Source of the DNA: Magallana gigas
Taxonomy: Eukaryota
NCBI RefSeq assembly: GCF_963853765.1
Contig: NC_088858.1
Span: forward strand, 52,142,001 to 52,206,000
Direction: 5' to 3'
DNA length: 64,000 nt
Of this stretch, positions 23,201-35,300 are shown piece by piece; positions within the stretch are counted from its first letter, which is position 1; each line of letters begins with the position of its first letter. The position numbers and the translations under genes are program-made. The notes under the pieces were generated by a model, which was not told where the DNA came from, searched no databases, and saw only the letters and a program-made list of their open reading frames with translations.

Positions 23201-26200
23201 TTCCTATGTCTGTAACCATTGGATTACATTACCCAGTTAGAGAAGTCAAACTGCTGTTAACTGATCCATGACTAAAATATTATTTAACTTGTTTCATTTT
23301 ATTTACATGAAACCATTGTTGCCCTACACCATTTTAACTACATATATTTACATTTTCCAGTGTCTTTGCCTGTGATAACTCTATGTATCAATTTTGTACT
23401 ATATAACTCATAACTTCAAATGACATATATTTGGAGCGCCAGCGGGATTTGCTTATTTATATTTTAATATGTACCTGTAATCGTACAGTCAACGGCTTAA
23501 AATTATTTGAATATAAGTAATAAGGAATCATTCTTTGAATATTATTAGGTGATAATTTCGGTCAGAGCATGATCAAATCTATCATAAAGCCCTAATTTCA
23601 TGTAATTCTAACCTATACTATGCTGTTTTTCAGTTGGTAGATGAGTACCTTCATGCTAATGATGATTTAGTACAACCCAACCTGAATTGGAAGCCCATCA
23701 ACATTACTAGTTTAAAAAAACTTCTATCAGCTTCCTTTGAGAAATTGAAGATGGCAGAACTTGTAGTTCAGCTTCAAATGTCTGGCCAGTCCTTCCATCT
23801 GAGTAAGGACACAACCCTCAATCCAATCAAGTAAGTCCTTCCTCCTGTGTAAGGACACAACCCTCAATCCAATCAAGTAAGTCCTTTGTCTTGTGTACAT
23901 AAAAAATATGTATTATGGACCAGACAAAGATTCAAACTCTACAAAAATGTGGAGCACATGGCTCAGTGGTCGTAGGCATTAGACCAGTAACCAAAAGGTT
24001 GCTGGTTGGAGCCCCTGCTGTAGTTACTAGTTGATGTGTTCTTAGACGAGACACTTCACCTACATTGTCTAAGGTCATCTAGCTGCATTGGGTACTGGCT
24101 TATGCTAACGGTTTATCAGCAATATACAAGTGTCCCATCCAGCCATAATTCAGGGGGAGCCAATGACTCTCATCTACGGAAATTGGATAATAAGCACTGG
24201 GCCTATGTCACTCAGCCTTCTCGCTAAAAATATTTATCAGAACTCTTTTAATTACAAATTATATGTACTCTGGAACTTTTATTTTAATTAATTTCCAATG
24301 ATAGAACACACTATTCATTTGCCTATTGTTTATATTTTTTTTATTTAGAATGAATGACAATAATGGATTTTATTCCATATCTTGCTTACAATGAGCTAAA
24401 GAAAGCATACAGTATTTTAATGTATCTGCAATATCCTATGACAACTTAAGAATATACCCCTGGGTAATTGCACGTGAACACAAAAGTAAGAGTGTACTCA
24501 CATTACAACAGCATGTTTCCTTATTTGTAGAATACTAAAGGAGTGTAAAGAGAATTTTGTGAAATGTTTTCAAGTCCAGTGGTCCAAGTTAGGTGAGTGT
24601 ACATGTTTATATTAGTCATAGAGAGTGACTAGGTAAAAGTTGAAATAATTATTTGTATATTCTGCATGGCTTCTTAATGCAAAAATGACAAATAAATGGG
24701 TTTTCAAACTAAATGCTTATTTATTACTTGGTAACATCACAATGATGATATAAATCATATGCCCTGAAACAGCCTTTGGCATTCCTGGGGTATTCTGGTA
24801 TATTGTTGTCAAAGCAAAGTAACATACTTATTTGTAATACATGCACTTCTATGAATTAAATATCCTCTAATCTCATCTTTTATCAACTTTCTGGTTTTAT
24901 ATGAATAGTGACACAAAATTAGGTCTGATAACTCCTTCAGCAAAGAACAAGAAGAACTGCAAACAAGACGAGACTGATATGGTACAATAAAAAACATGCA
25001 TAAATCAGCTATAACTAAGAACAAACAAATGAGTTTACTCAGCTATATCAAAGAACAAACATACAAATTACTTAGCTATAACAAAGAACAAACATACAAG
25101 TTTACTTAGCTATAACAAAGAACAAACATCAAGTTTACCTAGCTATAACAAAGAACAAACATACAAGTTTACTCAGCTATAACAAAGAACAAACATATAA
25201 GTTTACTTAGCTATAACAAAGAACAAACATCAAGTTTACCTAGCTATAACAAAGAACAAACATACGAGTTTACTTAGCCATAACAAAGACAAACAAATGA
25301 GTTTACTCAGCTATAACAAAGAACAAACATACAAATTACTTAGCTATAACAAAGAACAAACATACAAGTTTACTTAGCTATAACAAAGAACAAACATTAA
25401 GTTTACCTACCGGTAGCTAAAACAAATAACAAACATACAAGTTTACTCAGTTTACTCAGCTATGACAAAGAACAAACATACAAGTTTACTCAGCTATGAC
25501 AAAGAACAAACATACAAGTTTGCCTAGCTATAACAAAGAACAAACATACAAGTTTACTCAGCTATAACAAAGAACAAACATACAAGTTTACTCAGCTATA
25601 ACAAAGAACAAACATACAAGTTTACTCAGCTATAACAAAGAACAAACATACCAGTTTACTCAGTTGACTCAGCTATAACAAAATACAAACATACAAGTTT
25701 ACTCAGCTATGACAAAGAACAAACATACAAGTTAACTGTCAATATATTATGCATACACGGAAGTATGAATAGCTAAACAAATGATTTTTCTGGCAGCCTC
25801 AGACCGTACAACACAAGATAGCTGCTATACAGTGACAGTGGAACAGGCGGCGTTCTCCAGACTGTACGGTGAGAAAACACAGGAGTACCGGGCGGAAGTA
25901 GAGCTGGCCAGGAAGAAAAAGGAGCACCAGAAAGAAACCAAGAAAGGTACATAAACATCAGATATATCAAAGAAAGAATGACTGAACCACTCTAATATTG
26001 ATGGCAGTGGTGCCTAAACTGTAAACTGACTTTTATTTGCAATGACTTTATTTTGCGATCTACTCTGGATAAACTGGTTTGCGATGAATATTTTTCCCGA
26101 TCAAGCCATATCCAGACCCATGCTGTTATTACAACTAACCATACTACAACAACTTGTTTGCAGTGAGATATATTCACATAATATTGTGAACCTTGCGAAA

Positions 26201-28838
26201 GTTTCTCGCAAACGAATGAAAGTTGGTTTACAGTATATTTAGTATTGAGAAAAAAAAAATGAGTAAGAATTCCAGATATAAACTTAATAGTATTACATGT
26301 ACAGTACACCAGTTCATGTATAAATATCAATCAATTCAAAGTTAGATCAGCTGTGAGATGCAATTACTGGTAGTAAATACAAAAATTTCAGTGATTTGGT
26401 TGTAGATATCAACCCATCTTGTTCTTATTATCGAGCCTTTAAAGCTGACATGAATTAATAAAAGCATTTGGTCGCCATATTAGTTTCGAACGCTCCTCTA
26501 CTGCCACTGGGGTATATATATACCGGTTGAGAAAGTTACGGTCGGTTGCTTTCCGATTGAGGCATTCACGTTGCACGGACTTCTAAATGCATGAACTACA
26601 CACTGTACATGTAGTAAAATGTAGTAATAAAGAATAAAGAAAACAACAATCAATGAAATACAAGATATATTTATTCTTTGAAAGGATGTCCAAGGTATCT
26701 GTATTATTTTGCACAGACAGTGCTGCCTTACTTCGCATGCACATCAAACACGTGTGTCGTTCATACAGAGTGCATAACGTCTACATCTTCTTGAAAACCC
26801 TGGCGACACTACATCAAACACAGTAGCTAAATGATAGTAAATCCAAGAAAGTAACAACGTTTCTATCCGTTCCTACAAAAACTCCCGGTTAATAAAATCC
26901 ATGCGATAATTGACATAAGACATTGCTCAATCTGCCACAGTGTGTGGTTTGCGCATGTGCGATGTTATAACATACACAGGAAAACGGTCTACGGGGAATT
27001 TCTGAAGTATCTGTGCCTGGATTTCAGTCTGTCTTGTTTCGTCGTTTATTGGATATATCTTCTTCTTCTTCTTCTTCCAGTAATGTGCCTGGCACCAAGG
27101 TTGGGCATTATCGCACATGATTAAAAGGTTAAAATCATGCTGAGGAAGGCCTCGTTAAAATCTGGTTAAAATCTTCAATTATTACAATGGGTAGGATCTG
27201 GGGCTGATTCGGGCTTTGAAGACCTCGAGTGAATCAGCTGTCACTATGGCTGGTGAAAGTGAGTTCCAGATTACTACTCCGGCTGGAAAGAAGGAGTCCT
27301 GATAACATTTTAAGTGGCAAAATGGTTGTAGGAACCTCATAGAATGTCCTCTAGTATTACAGCTGTTTACAGGATGTAAATGACTAGATGGTATGTCGAT
27401 GTATCCATTCACAATCCTGTACATCATGGTGGCTCGTGATGTTATCCGCCTGGACTGTAGGGTATCAAGATGGAGATGATTGACCATGGATGTTACGCTG
27501 CTCTCCCTGCTATAGTCGCCCATGATGTATCGTGCAGCTCTTCGTTGTACCGCCTCTATCTTATTGATGTGGGTCTTGTTGGTATGATCCCATACTGTAG
27601 AGGCATATTCCACCTGAGGTCTCACTAGGGTCTTATAGCTGGTTGCCTTGATGGACCGTGGGCAACCAGATAGGTTACGACTCAGGAAAGCAGTGGTGTT
27701 GTTGGCTTTCCTGGTTATGTTGTTAATATGTGGTCCCCAGTTGAGCTTGTTGTCGATGGTAACACCCAGGTACTTTGCTTTGGTGGTGAACTGCAAAGTT
27801 TGGCCATGGATGGAATAATTGGCCTCGATTATACGCCTTTTGTTGGTGATGCGTATTACTTCACATTTCTCTGTGTTGAAGCTCATCAGCCACTCAGACT
27901 CCCATACTTGTAGTTGGTTTAAGTCTTCTTGAAGAGTGATTGTGTCCTCCTCATTAACTATCCTGCGGTACAGCAAGCAGTCATCAGCAAAGAGCCTTGC
28001 TGTTGATTTGACTCGGGATGGTAGGTCATTGATGTATACCAGGAACAGTAGTGGACCAAGCACTGTGCCCTGGGGTACTCCAGATGTTACAGGAGCAGCT
28101 GATGACATCTCTCCATCAACAACCACTTGTTGGCTTCTGTCAGATAAGAAGCTACTGATCCACTCCAGGGTCTGTCCTCTCACACCATAGTGCTCATATC
28201 TTGCCAGTGAAGTGGTTGTCATATTATTTTTGTTCAAAACGCGTTTTTACAAGTCTTTTCGTCCAAGGTAACGTGTTCGGGTGTATGAAATTCCTGAATG
28301 CTGTGAAGCATGACGAGGGCTCTCGGCCTTATATAGGGGGTGTGTAGCGATGAGCAAAACAATAGAAATCGACAACTAATATGGCGGTAGTCGGAGATAA
28401 AAGGGAAGTAATGCGTATTTATGAATTCATGTCAGCTTTAACAAACTATCAAAATATGACCTACAGGTACTTGAAAATGTAAATCAGTATCCTGTTATTT
28501 ATTCATCACCCAATCTTAATCTCAAAATAAGTGGGGATAGGATTCAGACAACCTGCTTTCTCCAAATTTTATAAATCAGCTATATTTGGTGTACACTTAA
28601 AGCTCTCCCCAATGGAAACTGACTCCCTGGAAACAGTGACATTAATCTTCTCCTGCTATCTAAAATTTAATAAAATTCTCTTTTATATTCAGGTACAAAA
28701 AGAAAGAATGAATCTCTGCTGACCGATTTCTTCAAGGTAAAGAAAAGACCATCAACACCCGAGTCAGATAATGGTGAAGGCAACCAATGGAATTCTGGAT
28801 ACAGGAGTAAAGACTCGCCAAAAAGTGAGGAAGACTGA
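20237..28838 (+). CDS. GEN1: Flap endonuclease GEN homolog 1 (XPG/Rad2 family Holliday-junction resolvase), 504 aa, 11 coding exons
   Basis: Exons 20237-20388, 20648-20816, 21147-21236, 21526-21612, 21825-22015, 22633-22724, 22915-23093, 23634-23830, 24531-24592, 25797-25946, 28693-28838; phase-compatible, total 1515 nt. Motifs MGVKDLW, KTLAVDLSGW, ADG, PGEAEAYCAWL, DGVLTSDSDALLYGARTVYRN and LVGCDY, a Cys-rich insert (HCKLCQH..GCHDC..CTC) and a chromodomain-like CFQVQW identify GEN1. The last exon is less certain than the rest. Confidence 0.92.
23950..24240 (+). mobile_element. tRNA-derived SINE relic in GEN1 intron 8
   Basis: A-box-like TGGCTCAGTGG (23959-23969), B-box-like GGTTGGAGCCC (about 24004-24014), then gtgttcttagacgagacacttcacc, which resembles the conserved central SINE motif GTGTCCTTGAGCAAGACACTT. 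Confidence 0.65.
25006..25733. repeat. 34-bp minisatellite, about 21 copies (agtttactcagctataacaaagaacaaacataca), in GEN1 intron 9
   Basis: Period 34 (agctataac at 25141 and 25175). Confidence 0.96.
26443..28437. mobile_element. Kolobok-type non-autonomous DNA transposon (about 850 bp without the nested LINE) in GEN1 intron 10
   Basis: TTAA|AGCTGACATGAATT.ATAAA ... TTTAT.AATTCATGTCAGCT|TTAA: TTAA duplication, AG..CT termini and a subterminal inverted CGCCATATTAGTT. TTAA target plus RR..YY termini is the Kolobok signature. Confidence 0.85.
27062..28195 (-). mobile_element. 5'-truncated non-LTR retrotransposon (CR1/L2-group LINE): RT C-terminal half, 3' UTR and (GAA)n tail
   Basis: ORF 27182..28237 contains SGVPQGTVLGPLLFLVYINDL, RLFADDCLLYR and KYLGVTID..LNW. 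A (GAA)n tail ends at about 27062-27077, and a 7-bp target-site duplication ATATCTT lies at 27055-27061 and 28196-28202. Confidence 0.95.
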
Positions 28839-29169
28839 TAGAAATCATGTGAATGATTACTCCAGTGTGATGTTCATGATCAGAATGCCTTCAAACATTG
28901 ACAAAATTAGACACTGTACAGCAAGTCCTTCTTTATGTGGATCTTTTGGAATGTCAGTGTACTGGGATGATGTTCAATGACTAGAGTTTTTGATGAGCTG
29001 GACTCGACTTTGCCAATTGCAAAAGCTAATTTAATCAAATGAATACAAGTTTGTAAGAGCAGGAAGCTGTCTCAGGCAACATGCAGAACTCTGTCCTAGG
29101 CTACTTGTAAGTTTGAGAGATTGGAAAATGAAAAATTGAATGTTTGTTGTTTATAGGTATACATGTATA

Positions 29170-29582
29170 TGTGATAGTGGGTTGTCCCAAGAATTAAACA
29201 AGTCCACTTAAGGGTTCTTCGATCATTTATTCGGATACATGGATAGGATTAAAGGATTTAAACCATGATCAAAAAGGCTGCACTGTCTGCTGTCTGTTAA
29301 CTCAAGGTGTTGAATGGCTCCGGAGTCTGGAATCTGGAACAGGTCAGGATTCAAGAGTCACAAAACACGAGTCCAGTGTTCAATCTGTATAGACCTCGGC
29401 TTTCCACCATAAGAATCTGTAGACATCAGTCAGCTTCATGTGTGGTCCCCATCTCCTTGGTATCCGAATGCAACGTGGGCGCCAAATGTGATAGTGGGTT
29501 GTCCCAAGAATTAAACAAGTCCACTTGAGGGTTCTTCGATCATTTATTCGGATACATGGATAGGATTAAAGGATTTAAACCC
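29170..29582 (-). mobile_element. Miniature LTR-like element (TRIM-like): two 96-bp direct repeats around a 221-bp core, with a tRNA-Lys-like primer binding site
   Basis: Repeats at about 29170-29265 and 29487-29582 are nearly identical. On the - strand they end in ..ATCACA, and the first is followed after 2 nt by TGGCGCCCACGT. No clean polypurine tract or target-site duplication is visible. Confidence 0.6.
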
Positions 29583-30597
29583 TGTAATATAATTCATACT
29601 AGATATCAGCATAAAAAGGATCAATATTTTCAATAAGTTTCAGCATAAAAATATACAATCATATTCAAATATATTCATGAAATACATTAATGCTCAGAGT
29701 TCACTAATCAAACTATTTGTAAAGAAGGATAACTCTGATTAAAATGCATCATAAATTCAGTGTCAAGAAGAGTTACTGCCCTTGAACACAATTTACAAAA
29801 ATATAGAAATATGCTCTACATCTTTATCAATATCAATATTTAATTAAATAAAAACATATACTTTCAATGTAACTCCTTTGTAGATTACATTTTATCAAGA
29901 TGCATAAAATAAATATAAAAATATAACTTTGCAACGATCACCTGTTTATGGAACAATTAAGGTTTCATGCACAATCCTGCAGATTACTCTGACAATGGTA
30001 CTCTTTAACTACAAGTATTAAATATGGTAACAATAACTAACCTTTCACATATATTAGAAATGAGATACTATAGGTTAGATATCAAAACTATGAATTACTG
30101 GGATAATTTATAAAATACATTCTTTCATAAATAAGGTATTATAACCTCAAAAAGTAGAATTAGCCAAATGTACCAATTAACAGAAAATATCATTATTATC
30201 TATTAAATTATTTATTAAAGTTCAAGAATACCAAAAAATAGAACACTTACTATAAATGACTGCTTCAAATATGTTGATGAAATAAATAAATAAGTTAAAT
30301 CGTCTCTTAAAGAAATTAGGTCTTACTGATAAGAATCCTAGCCTTGGTCTGTCACAAAGGCTACTCAGTTAAAGCGGGAAAAAATCATAAAAACATACTA
30401 TTGGCTAAGTAAACCACCTGATCCTGTCCACATGTATGTAAGTGACCATACAGGTGAAATGACTTAGGGCTATAAAATATTAGAAACCACTAGAAAAGGT
30501 AATTAAGTAATGATTACTTGACAGATGCATAAAAGACAGGGAGTTATAGGGATAGTAGTCTGTTTCTAAATATGTACATGTAAAATATGGAATATAG

Positions 30598-30622
30598 GAT
30601 GATGATGATGATGATGATGATG
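30598..30622. repeat. (GAT)n microsatellite
   Basis: About 8 consecutive GAT units. Confidence 0.9.
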
Positions 30623-32351
30623 AAATATGAATAATATGCATGAATGTAATTATCATAAAATGCACCCTATTACATATACATATAAAAATAAATAAACTAA
30701 ACCAAAATGCCTACCGGTAGTCATCGTGGTATTTTCCATCCACAGACTGTGTTGTTTATCCGTGTACTTTGTGTAGACTGTGATGTATACTTTAGGGCCA
30801 TGCACACAAAATGACAGTAAATTCATACTAAATCCACAAATGGATTGGAGAGGAGCAGATCCTAAAGAAGCGCAAATCAACAAAAGCACAAAACCCACAT
30901 CATTAATGATCTTTGTCCTTAATGATCAACATCCCAGGTTCTTTTCCCTTGCAGGAACTAACCAGTCAGTTTCAGGGATTGGCTTAGCACCAAAAGTTTA
31001 TAAAGCTTCTCCTATCCTCAGCCTTAAAATATTCTTTTATAATAAAAAATGTTATTCATCCTTAAAACTTTTTAAATGAAATAAAATAAAAGATACTTTT
31101 GGTGGTATCCATGCATTTTACGAAGTTATTGCAATTTCGGCCACGATAAATATAATGAACATTTGGGTTGAGTATTGTTTAAAGTGAAGAGTTTGCACAA
31201 GGTTTTGTTCAAGAAAAAATGAAATAGAGTAATTATAAAATGTATTTATTTAAAACTTGTTCATATACAATATGAACTAATTTGTACTACAAAGTGAACA
31301 AAATATACAATAATTTATTCAAATGCCACATACACAACAAAATAGCATTTCTTTAAGTACTGATAATAAAGCAAGACAAAAAGCCAGAATGGTACAAAGC
31401 GATGCCTGAATTCCATAACCAGATGTTTTGTATCTGTGTTGAAGACAGGGCTTAAATCCTTAATATAGTTGGACTGGGACTCGATGAATGTTGAGGTAAA
31501 GGCTGTCGCCACTTCCTTCCTCAAACAAGACCGACTGTGGACCTCGACTATTGATCTATGCTGCTCATTATCGGATATTACAGAATCCAAGTAAATTTAA
31601 CAACATACTTTTTTTCACATAGTCATTTCTCCCAAAAAAGTGAATTACCTCGTACAATATCATACAGAAATGCATATAACATGAAAAAAATTCTGAATCG
31701 TTGGTAAAATTGTAAAAATCCCCATCAAAATATTGTTGATATTTTTTTTTTAATGATTTACCGGTACCTGTCAGTAAACAACACAGGCTTGCAGCAAGTG
31801 TTTTAGGTAAATTGGAAGGGTTTTTTTTCATAATATTTTCTTAATTCTCTGCCTTATGTCTACTGAAGATCACAAAAAAATTGATCATTCAACCTGGTTT
31901 GATACCAGATGTTTTGAATGATTACCTATTGTGGGATTTAATATTCCAGCCATTTCCAGAAGATTTTGCACTAATAAAGATCAAAATAATAGAGAAATAC
32001 TGCTAATGTTTGTTGTGTTCAGCTGTTATTCAATCTGACACTGTCTAGTGTACAATAATACATCAATAAAATAGGGTTTAGAAACCTGCTTATTGTACCT
32101 AAAGACTAGGTTCACAGGGACATCATGTAATGTCATACACAGAATAAAACAAATACACATTTACACAAAAAAATACTCAAAATATATTGCACCAAACACT
32201 GGAGAATAAAAATCTTAGGACAATATCTTGATTTACAAAAAATATGGCAATAGCTAAGCTTTGTGTTTTGCCTCCTCTACAGTTTGGTGTCACTCAGTCT
32301 CACATGGCTCCACGCATCAACAAGAACTTCTCCATCATCCACAGCTGTTCT

Positions 32352-35300
32352 TTATCCAGACACAAGTGTGTAGATCATACTGTAAATAGACACAATAGTG
32401 TAGATAGACGAAAGTATGTAGATCATACTGTAAATAGACACAATAGTGTAGATAGACACAAGTGTGTAGATCATACTGTAAATAGACACAATAGTGTAGA
32501 TAGACGAAAGTATGTAGATCATACTGAAAATAGACGAAACAGTGTAGATAGACGAAAGTATGTAGATCATACTGAAAATAGACGCAACAGTGTAGATACA
32601 CACAAGTGTGTAGATCATACTGTAAATAGACACAATAGTGTAGATTATATCGAAAATAGATGCGACAGTGTAGATAGACGAAAGTATGTAGATCATACTG
32701 AAAATAGACACAACAGTGTAGATAGACACAAGTGTGTAGATCATACTGAAAATAGACACATGAACGGTGTAAGAAGACACAAGTGTTTAGATCATACTGA
32801 AAATAGACACAATAAAATAGATCATATCGAAAATAGACGAAGTAGTGTAGAGAGACACACGGGTGTAAATCAACTAAAAATAGACACACAGTGTAGATAG
32901 ATGCAAGTTTACAAGTTTACATAAGTATGCATTATAGGACTACTGTGGAATCATTTAAATTCAAGGGGGCCAATTTTCTTGGATTGTGGGGTATTTGCTT
33001 ATTCGTGGGGACGTAAATTCGTGGACGAGTTGGTTTTCAGTTTCAGTAGGAAAGATATTTCTTTCTAAATTTGTTTTCCTCAAAGATGTAAATTCGTGGG
33101 GGAGAGCTACCAACGAATACCACGAAAATTGAGCCACCATGAATTCTAATGATTCCACAGTATATCATTGTGGTTCAACATATTACGTTTATTAGAGTTT
33201 TAATTTTCAAGAATTAAGAACCTTGGCTGCGTTTTACAAAAGAACTTACGACTTACGACCAAATTAATGAATGTTTATTAATCACAAACTAATCTATATT
33301 TTATTGTAATAGTTGTAAAATATAATTATGGAAATCAAAATAGGTGTAAATAAATGGTTTGATATAAATTTTGTTCCACAAAGACCGTTCCATGAGACTG
33401 ACAATATTTACGACTTTGTTGTAAGTTCTTTGTAAAACGCAGTACTGCTTCTTTTAATTAACCTTCAAATTTCTAGCAATCTAAAACTCATTTCACCCTC
33501 TTAACATTTCAAATTAACACTGAAAAACTGTTCTTACCAGTATAAGTAGTAGAAAAATGAGATAAGATAGAAAGCCAGCTTGATCCATCCCTCCTTCTGT
33601 GCTCGATTAAGTTCGTCAGCGTTCATTATCGTGGTGGGGTCATACAGCCCCGGCCCACTCATGACCGGGCGATTTATGTACCTACAAAAGTTACAAATTC
33701 AACATTAAAATTGGGCCCCTTTCCCAAACATACATGTATGTATCTACACATACTTTTCCCAGAATTCTACAATGTTTTATGTCCAGGCATGCAAATACTG
33801 ATGATAGGTTCAATATAATTTAACTTTTATCATCTAGAACATATTAACATTCCTAAATTTTAAGTTATTAACTAATTACATGCATAATGAGTACAAGTAA
33901 AACAGTGGCAACAAAGACAATTAGAAGGTACAGTACAGAGTCAACAGAATGCATGTGACTCTTTTATCTTAGAACGACTTTTTTGATGCATACAAAAGTT
34001 TGCACTTGTCCCAATGCAAAGCAGTTTGGGTAAAACGTGGTAACGTACCTTCGTATATGGTAAATAATGAGAGGGATATTGAGGAGCACTGTGAACCACT
34101 CCATGGCCGTGATGAAGAGGAATGTAAACAGAATGTGGATGAAGTATTCCGGCAGAACCAGCTGTCAAATGGACACAAAAACACATCAATCACACAGGAC
34201 TTTCTAATATTCATTTGGCATGCATCAATACATGTACCGTACATGTATTATCATGAAAATCTGCATTTAATGCAATTCCCGTAATTCATTTTAAAAACTT
34301 ATATAGCAAAATATAGAGAAGTTGAGGTAATAAATTAACAGGTTCATATTATACATGTTATTGTACACGTGTATTTGTAATATAAAAATAAACCTGAATT
34401 ACTAAAATCAAAGTTTTTTCAAACAGATTGAATTAGATGTAACTTTCCTAGCTTTTTTCAATGTAAATATATATATAGTTAAGTGCAAGAACAACTAAGC
34501 AGAATATTCCTCATTAATTTATTGACATTATCATAAATTCTTGGCTTGAAATTGTTCCTGAAAATGACTTAGTCTGAGGGGCGTTGAGCAGTTAAAAATC
34601 TCTGGCCCATACCACTAACAGATAAGATCAATAACCTGTTTTGAGCCATGCAACCATCAAAAAGGGCTCAAAAGAATCATTATGATTACTGCTATATTTA
34701 GAAGGTTTGGATTATAGTTGTGTGTTATAACACACTTTAAATAAAAAAAAAAAGGAAAAATAACACCCTAAAACAACTTACTGGATTGAGGCTTCCACAT
34801 TGGTCTATTGGATTCTTGTAGTCTGTTTTGAGTTCATCGAAAGCTATTATCTATAAGAGAGAACAAAAAACATCAGTTTGAGTTCTACTTTACATTTATA
34901 TTCATTCAAAAGTATGCTTTATGTATTTTTTTTATTGAAAATATAAATGAGTGTTTCAGTTATTTCTTACAACTAAAGGACTCTTGGTATATGGGCCATA
35001 AAATCAATACTGTAGTTTTACTTTAAGCATACACATGTAGGTTTACTTTGCACAGGTATGCATACGAAGACTCAAGATTATTAATGGGTTTCAACTCCCT
35101 CTATTCTATAAGTCCTCAATTTAGAATACAGGGCTGTTGATAATGTTCAAAATAATTCCAGAGGCAAGTAAAGCAAAGGGATCAGTAGTACCATCGAATT
35201 TTTGAATTTCAAAGTAGAGCTACAGATATATAGAAATACATCATAAACATGATAAAGTTAACGTTTCCCATCATTTTAACATTTTTGCATATTATTTCAC

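Noticed and set aside
32244-32900. 218-aa (+) and 184-aa (-) repeat ORFs over the 48-bp array
   Set aside because: Open only because the period is a multiple of 3. Only the third frame (32352..32780, -) is in frame with cornichon.
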